Source: the human T2T-CHM13v2.0 reference genome, Homo sapiens | Strand: one strand, 5' to 3' | Assembly: GCF_009914755.1 (NCBI RefSeq) | Contig: NC_060927.1 | DNA: 64,000 nt | Shown: positions 56,360-64,000 of the stretch, in pieces | How positions within the stretch are numbered: the first letter of the stretch is position 1 | Layout: each line of letters opens with the position of its first letter | The notes under the pieces: generated by a model | What the model saw: the letters and a program-made list of their open reading frames with translations, nothing else | The model's database searches: none | Told to the model about the DNA's origin: nothing | Translations under genes and position numbers: made by a program

Positions 56360-56619
56360 AACTTTTTTTTCTTTATCTTCATAAGTGACTTCAAATCTGC
56401 ACTCATCTATTAAGACATGAGAAACAATAAGGGAAGGTTCATTGTGCAGGCACTGCAGCCACATCAAATCCAGAGTCTGTCACACATAATACCTGCATGA
56501 CCATGACAAAATTACTTAATCTCCCTTTTCCTCACATTTTTCATCAATGTTTAATGGCAATGATAATATTACCATCATTAATGATAATGTTAATATCATA
56601 AGGTTGTTGTGAAGATCCA

Positions 56620-57075
56620 TTTATTCATTTACTTATTCATCAAAATTTTAAGAGCATCTACTATGTGCCAGGCACTATGATGCATTTCAATGAAAGACAG
56701 AAAGACAATAAATGAAAGAAAAATAAAAATATAAAACGTGGAAAAATTAATTTGAGATGGGCAAGAATATTTTAATAAGATAGGCAGAGAAGATCTCCTT
56801 GATAAAATGACGGTTAAACAGAGACCTGAATGAGGTAAGTGAGATAAGTCCTGAAGCTACAAGGGGACGGGGACATATCACATAGAATGAACTGCAGAGG
56901 CAAAGGCTGTGTGACACAAGGGTTCATGGCATTTTCAAAGCGCTACTTGAAGGCCATTGCGGCTAGAGCTATGTGAGCAAAGGGGAGAATTTTCAGAAAT
57001 AAATTTAGAAAGATGTCAAGAGGGCAAGAGAATATATGGGCCCTGTGGAACATTATAAGGATTGGCTTTTACTGC
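56620..57075 (-). mobile_element. L2 3' fragment
   Basis: 'ttattcattcaaaattttaagagcatctactatgtgccaggcact...agagacctgaatga...aaggattggcttttact'. Confidence 0.75.
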
Positions 57076-57589
57076 ATGTTATCAAATTTAAAACATTTTT
57101 CATTGTTAGCTTCATCATTATTTTATGTGTAACTAAGGAACAAAAACTGCCCTGAAAATGATGGCACAATACTTTCTAATCACATAGATTTTTATTTTGT
57201 ATTTATCTAAAAAGTTTATTTAGTCTTATTTAGACAAAAATTCTTTTATATGCTATGCTGGTCTGCCTCTGTTTCTTTTTACATACACAATAACTTCTCA
57301 TTTCAATGTTGAATCATAGTGGAAACTTACTGAAGATATTAAATTCAAATGTGTAGTCCCAATAGTGCCTATAATTCAACTGAAGTGATGACCAAGTTTG
57401 TTCATATACAAGCAATGATCACTATGTTATAACTGCCACCTGGTTCACGGTGAATATAAGACACTTTTTAATTTTCTATATAAAAATAAGTGTGTATTAT
57501 AGTCATCTAAATGTGGAATGTAAATGAGATAGAAAGTCAGAGAAGGGTGTTGAGAGAAGAAGTCATGATTTACTTAAAGAATTACTTTT

Positions 57590-58070
57590 ACTGCCATGAA
57601 AAGAATAGACTGACTGAAATGCACAAAGGTGCAAGCAGAGAGCTGCCCAGGAGATTTATTTGATTAATGATGATTCAGATAGATGGTAGTGGTTTGGCTC
57701 AGAACGGTATCTTAAGAGGTGTCATGAAATGGTCAGATTCTGATGTCTTTTGAAGATAGAAATGACAAGATTATTGATAATTGGATGAAAGGGATAGGAG
57801 AAAGAAGTCAGAATAACTCTCAAGTTTTTAGCTTGAGATTGGGAAGACTGCGCACAGATGGGTAGGGATCCATGGGGGTCAGGAGTCTGCTATTGGACAT
57901 GATACATGTGAACTTCACTATTAGACATTCAAGTGGAAATGTGGAGTAGGTGACTAGAAAATGAGTCTAAAGTTCACAGAAGTAGAATCTGGAGATAAAA
58001 CTTTAACTTAAAATAACTCCTTCCCTGTATAGATGCTGTTTAATATTATGAAACAGGATGGCATCACCTA
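57590..58070 (-). mobile_element. L2 fragment (continuation)
   Basis: 'gatggtagtggtttgg...aaatggtcagattctg...tattagacattcaagtggaaatgt'. Confidence 0.7.
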
Positions 58071-58108
58071 CAATTGTGTTTCTCCATTTTTCACTACTAT
58101 TCACACTT

Positions 58109-58394
58109 TTTTTGAGACGGAGTCTCGCTCTGTTGCCCAGACTGGAGTACAGTGGCGCAATCTTAGCTCACTGCAACCACCGCCTCCTGGGTTCAAGTGA
58201 TTCTCCTGCCTCAGCCTCCTGAGTAGCTGAGATTACAGGCATGCACCACCATGCCCAGCTAATTTCCATATTTGTAGTAGAGACGAGGTTTCACCATGTT
58301 ACGCAGGCTGGTCTGGAACTCCTGACCATAGGTGATCTGCCCACCTCAGCGTCCAAAAGCGCTGGGATTCAGGCATGAGCCACCATGCCCGGCT
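58109..58394 (-). mobile_element. AluSx-like, full length
   Basis: Antisense Alu dimer; TSD actatt(ca/tg)cactt at 58096-58108 and 58395-58407. Confidence 0.95.
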
Positions 58395-58412
58395 ACTATT
58401 TGCACTTAAAAT

Positions 58413-59013
58413 AACTAGTTCAACCATTGTGGAAGACAGTGTGGTGATTCCTCAAGGATCTAGAGCTAGAAATACCATTTGACCCAGCCATCCCATTATT
58501 GGGCATATACCCAAAGGATTATAAATCATGCTACTATAAAGACACATGCACACATATGTTTATTGCGGCACTATTCATGACAGCAAAGACTTGGAACCAA
58601 CCCAAATGTCCATCAATGATAGACTGGATTAAGAAAATGTGGCACATATACACCATGGAATACTATGCAGCCATAAAAATGCATGAGTTCATGTCCTTTG
58701 TAGGGACATGGACGAAGCTGAAACCATCATTCTCAGCAAACTATCGCAAGGACAGAAAACCAAACACTGCATGTTCTCACTCATAGGTGGGAATTGAACA
58801 ATGAGAACACTTGGAAACAGGAAGGGGAACATCACATCCAGGGGCCTATTGTGGGGTGGGGGAGGGATAGCATTAGGAGATATACCTAATGAATGTAAAT
58901 GACCAGTTAATGGGTGCAGCACACCAACACGGCACATGGATACATATGTAACAAACCTGTACATTGTGCACATGTACCCTAGAACTTAAAGTATAATAAT
59001 AAAAAAAGAAAAA
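58413..59013 (+). mobile_element. 5'-truncated primate L1PA (ORF2 C-terminus, 3' UTR and A tail)
   Basis: ORF 58499-58786 reads GIYPKDYKSCYYKDTCTHMFIAALF...WNQPKCPSMIDWIKKMWHIYTMEYYAAIK (L1 ORF2p) and then frameshifts; G-rich 3' UTR; 'acttaaagtataataat' plus A tail. Confidence 0.96.
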
Positions 59014-59420
59014 AATAATATTTTATATCACCATATCACTAGGTAGCATACAAACATACACTGGAAAAAATATGTATTATTTAATGTAACTTTATTTTAT
59101 AGGTATGATACATTCTGTTTTTCTTGTCTCATCTTTTCTCTGTTCAAAAGCCAAAAGTTACTACATGTTCCTAAGATTAAAAAACACTAAACCAGAATGG
59201 GAATGAGAATAGGGAAGAGATTAGTTCCAAGAACTGAGCCCTGCTTCATGCAGTATGTCCAAAGATCTGCAGCAATGCCTAGCACATATTAAATGCTCAA
59301 CAAATGTTAGTTTGTATTATTAAAGGGGGATCCCTTCCCCCCAAAATATTACTGATTTGTTTTTATCAACTTCATAGTTAGAGGGCTCACACTACAGCAT
59401 ACAGAAAAAGAAACAGGTAT

Positions 59421-60025
59421 TGCATTAGTTTTCTATGCTGTATAGCTAATCACTACAAGCGTGGCTTCTTAAAACCACATACATTTATTATGTCAGTTTC
59501 TGTGAGTCAGAGCTCTGGGTATAGTTTAGCTGGGTTCTCTTTCTCAGGATTCCACCAGATGTTGGCAAGGGCTGCAGACTCATCAGAGGCTTGACGGGGG
59601 AAAGATCCACTTCAGACTGCCTCAGGTTGTTGGCAGCATTCATCTCCTTATAGTTTTAGAGTTGAGTTCTCCACTGTCTTACTGGCTGTTGGCTGGAAGT
59701 CACTCTTACCTCCTAGATGCTGCCGCTGTTCCTTGCCATGTGACCCTCTCTATAGGCAGTTCAGTGCATGCTCACCTACTTCTTCAAGGACAGCAGAAGA
59801 ATCTCTTAAGCTCCAGTATGCCCAGGTGGAGTCTTATGTAACATAAATTATAATAGGGATGACAACCCACCACCTTTGTCATAGAACATAACTTAATCAA
59901 GGGAGTAAAGTCGCCTTTTCCTTACTCTGTTGGAAGTGAGTCATTTGTTATGCCCCTACTCAGAAGGAAAGGATTCCATAAGGACCTTACTTACTGGGGG
60001 TCATCTTAGGGCATGTTCTTCTGCT
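59421..60025 (-). mobile_element. MaLR solo LTR (MLT1E-G group)
   Basis: 'tgcattagttttctatgctg...acatttattatgtcagtttctgtgagtcag...ttccttgccatgtgaccctctc...ggggtcatcttag'. Confidence 0.75.
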
Positions 60026-62309
60026 TGTCTCCTTCTTATCCAAGGTATTCTTCCTGGAACTTGTAGGAAGGAGTAAAATTTTGGTCTTCATCTTGGTTAT
60101 GAAATAAGAAATCATAGAACAGGGGTAAGAAGACATGAGCACTATTCTTAATACTTTCTGTTTTATCATGGGAATACGGCAAGGTAATTAATCTATCATT
60201 ACCTCAGTTTTCCCATCTTTAAAATGGCTGTACCAGTATCTTTCCATCATCTTTTCTCACAGGATTCTCAAGAAAATGGTATAAAATATTTTATGAAAAA
60301 TCAAATTTTGAGCTATAAAGTGTTATAAAACATGACAATACCCTTTATTATTATTATGCTCTGGTTCTCCAACTTTTCACCAGCTGTCTAGAAGGACAAA
60401 GCAATGTTATAAATGGCTTGTGGCCTGTCACCTTTCTCTAAACCTTGTCAACAGCAAGCTTTCAAATATTTATTGAAGGAATAACACATGTTTTTCTTCA
60501 TTTGGTTTATATCTACTTTTGTTCATCAAGGGAGCCATAAATAGTTTTACCTTTCTTTATAAAGTGTGTTTGATTTTTAAAACAGACAACAAGTGTTGTA
60601 CAGTTTGTATTAAAGGACTACTTTATTGCTTATTACCTGAAAAATGCAACAAAAGTTTAAAATTAATAACAGTCAGTAGTAACAGGGAGTAGAGATAATA
60701 AAAGTTATGTTCTTTGCCTCAGAAGCAACTTGCGATTCACTTTCCATTTCCTTACCAAAAAAAAAAAAGAAGAAGAAGAAGAAGAAAAAATAATCAAGAA
60801 CTTCTCTGGTGTTTGTTTAATCAAAGCAGGAACAGAAAAGGAGAGAGAAAGAAAGAAAAAGAAAAACTTTTAAACATAAGGCAGCATCTATCAATTGAGA
60901 AGAGAGTCAGGGATTTGCTTGATTTGGATAGTCCCTCTATCAACAGAAGTTTCATAGCCACTGTTGGGAGGAAAAAGCAACAGTGAAACATCAGAGGGGG
61001 AAACAGATTTACTGGGGCATAGCAAATCCTAGTAGGGTTTAAGTATTTCATGGGATCAGTTAATTAGTAAGTGGCAAGCTTAAATGACCGTTCCCAGAAA
61101 TCTTACCTAACATACAGAGCTGACTTCCCAGGAGAGAAACATATTTTCCTTTGGAGACCAATATCTAGTTTTCAATTATTAAAAAGTAGAAAAATATTTA
61201 TAAAGCACATCTTTCAATGCTACTCTTGTAAAATAATAGATTCTTGCAAATATCTTTCATTATGCCTGCCACTGACGTGCTAGAGTTGTATGCCCTTCTA
61301 GCACCTTAAACTATCTCCTGGAAATAATACTGACACAAAACCTAGACTTGGCTCTCACCATTTGCTGGGCATTTCCAAATGAACATTCTTTTGGTTGGAA
61401 TTCACTCTAGCAAAAGCCAATTTTTAACCTTTCAGCTCTTGCCCAACCCACACACCTTGCAAGGGCTGTAGGGTCCCAGTCCACAAGTATATATATATAC
61501 AAATTCTTTATCCTTTATTCATGGAAGGAAACATTCTGGCTCCTTTACAAATCCTTTATAGCTCAGAATTTCGGTTTAAAGTGACTTTTGAAATGAAGGC
61601 AGAATTATTCTCTGTATTTTTTGATGCTGCTAAGAAGGAATTTCCTCTTGCAATCAAAAAGAAGTACAGGAAGGCAATGGAGACAATAAACCAGGATTAC
61701 TGGAGATGGTGTTTCCCACTGAGTTGCAGAAGGAAGTATTTGGGGGTAAGTGAATGGATCAGATCATAAAAGTCTATGCAGCTGATCTGAAGAACGTAGA
61801 TTCTACTCTAAATAAATGGTGAATCATTGATGGCTTGGGGAATATGAACTGATATGAAAAAAATATAGGGAATTAATCTCTCAGCAGTTTGCCCTATGGT
61901 GGGAAAGTCTAGAGGCAAGGGTTAGTTTGAAGGTGGTTATACTCATGTTAGTGTGAGGCACTAAGGTTGGGTAGAATTCGAAGTGAGAGAGAAGAATGGA
62001 TGTGAGAGATGTGTAGTAGAGAAAAATGACTAGACTTAGTGACAAGATGTAAGTGACAAATGAATAAGACGTGGCAAGACTATGAAAGTCCTAAGAAACA
62101 TAAAAACAAACTGGTAGAAGATATCTTACAGGCAAATTTTGGCATATAGAAAAATAATGTGTTCACACTACCAGTCTAGGTGGACTTTGCATGTATGTAT
62201 GGGAGGACAATATATAACAGAGGTGACTACCTCCTTTATACTCCATTGTGTTCTGACCTTTCCCTTGTTTTGGTTAAAGCCACGTGAGCTTTAGAATGGG
62301 CTAAATATC

Positions 62310-62770
62310 TATAGTGGGTTGAATAGTGCCCCCCCTCCAACAATTCATGTCAACCCCACACCTCAAAATGTGACCTTATTTGAAAATTGGGTCTTTTAAG
62401 ATGTACTTAGTTCAGATGAGTCATGCTTGATTAGAGTGGGCCCTAAATCCAAAGACTGGTATCTTTGTAAGAGTAGAGGTGAACCAGATGGATGCATACG
62501 TATAGGGAAGAACAACATGTGAAAAACAGAAGCAGACATTTAAATGAGGCAGCTATAAGTCAAGCAATGCTAAGGATTGCTGGAAGCCCCCAGAAGCTAG
62601 GAAGACGCAAAGAAGGATTTTTTTCCCTAGAGTCTTCAGAGGGAGTATGGCCCTGCTGGCAGGTTGATTTCAGACTTCAAGCATCCAGAACTGTGAGAGG
62701 ATAAATTTCTCTCATTTTAAGCCACCGAGTTTGTGGTAATTTGTTCCTGTAGCCCTAGGAAATTAATAAC
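62310..62770 (+). mobile_element. MLT1C-like MaLR solo LTR
   Basis: 'tagtgggttgaatagtgcccccc...ataaatttct...gccctaggaaattaat'; 5-bp TSD atatc at 62305-62309 and 62771-62775. Confidence 0.88.
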
Positions 62771-64000
62771 ATATCTGAACTACAGCAAATAATAAACATT
62801 GAACCATCAGTATGTGCTAGACATTGTACTGAATACTTTATTCAGATTACCTGATGGAATCTTATTTTGCTGAGATGATTGTCATATACTTTTAAAATGA
62901 AAACACTAAGACTTTGAGGGGTTTTATTAACCCAGGTCATACTGGTAGTAATTTTTGAAACCAGGATTCTTAAAATATCAGTTGGACTTAAGAGCCACCA
63001 AGCAAGTTATCTCTCAGTCATTCCATCCACTGCTGAGCAATTCCCAGAAAATGTATTTTCAGCTTTAAAATTCTCGAAAAACAAAACAAAACACTTTTTG
63101 TTGAGTTCAGATTCATCAATGGATCAAGGATTCCTAACCCAGATAATACTTCTTGTTCCTATGTTTAGACTCCTTGGTCTTCTGTGAGCCTCTGAGTCTT
63201 TGGGCATTACAATAACTTCATTTTGTTTCCATCTATCCTAATTCTTTAGGCTTTGGTATCTAAAGATTTTTGTAATCTCTAAAATTATTTTACCCAGGGA
63301 CATAAGTTGCGTGGATGGTTTAAAATACACACACTTACACAGATTTGAAGTCTTGGTGAAGCAATATGCAAAATTGTAAGCTTTTCTAATGATTCTTCTT
63401 AATTTATTATAATGCCTTTGATGGAATGCAAATCTGCAACGTGGAATTTCTGCTGTTTGTAAAAGAATAACATTGCTAAGTTTAATTTTTACGGAGAAAT
63501 ATTGACAGCATTGATAAAAGCTTAAAAATAGCTTTATTGTTATAGTTGTATATATTAAAGGTGAATGCATTGTCAAATGTCCAGGTCACTCACAATATAA
63601 ATGTGTATGTGGTGGGACCCATACATTGGTGGTTCTGTAATCCAATCATAGAAAATTTTTACTGATTACCAATTTCCATATTATGTCAAATGCTTCAAAA
63701 ATTCCATTTTACATTTGCATATCTATTTGTTTCAGATATTTCACCTATGGGACTTAAAGTTTCTGAATAGGTCAGTGAGGCAGAATTTCCTCTTTTTGCC
63801 CTCTATCTCTGACTTGTGTTTGGTGCTAGAAAAATGCATTAATTCGAAATACAGAAAAAAAAACTATTTATTGAGTGCCTACTATTGACCAGGTATTATT
63901 TTAGATATTGAAAATATAACATTGGAAGGAGTTCAGTGCATATATGCTTATATATTATTATATATCAATATACATGATTATATATAAATTTATCAATTAT

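Noticed and set aside
60757-60790. Orphan poly-A/(GAA)n tract
   Set aside because: No retroposon body or TSD visible; simple low-complexity sequence

Overview
This is AT-rich, CpG-poor primate DNA, most likely human, as judged by a near-consensus AluYa-lineage element. I found no convincing protein-coding gene, RNA gene, CpG island or prokaryote-type system. Almost all ORFs in the supplied track are Alu-, L1- or LTR-derived or chance ORFs; only 58499-58786 is a recognisable protein, a frameshifted L1 ORF2 C-terminus. The window looks like the interior of a long intron, with a weak G>C skew suggesting + strand transcription. It holds about 15 Alus, several L1/L2/MIR fragments, MLT1 and MER61-like solo LTRs, and DNA-transposon relics (MER85, MER115, MER5-like, MER20B-like). 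The best leads are: a complete MER85 piggyBac MITE with its CSB-PGBD3-binding palindrome; a very young AluYa4/Ya5-like insertion; an ungapped 92-bp duplication 2.6 kb apart; a 21-nt UGC-preceded microexon candidate between inverted Alus; a forkhead-motif cluster; and a possible ancient inverted-repeat-bounded element. Repeat subfamily names come from recalled consensus sequences, boundaries of old repeats are approximate, and I could not identify the locus.
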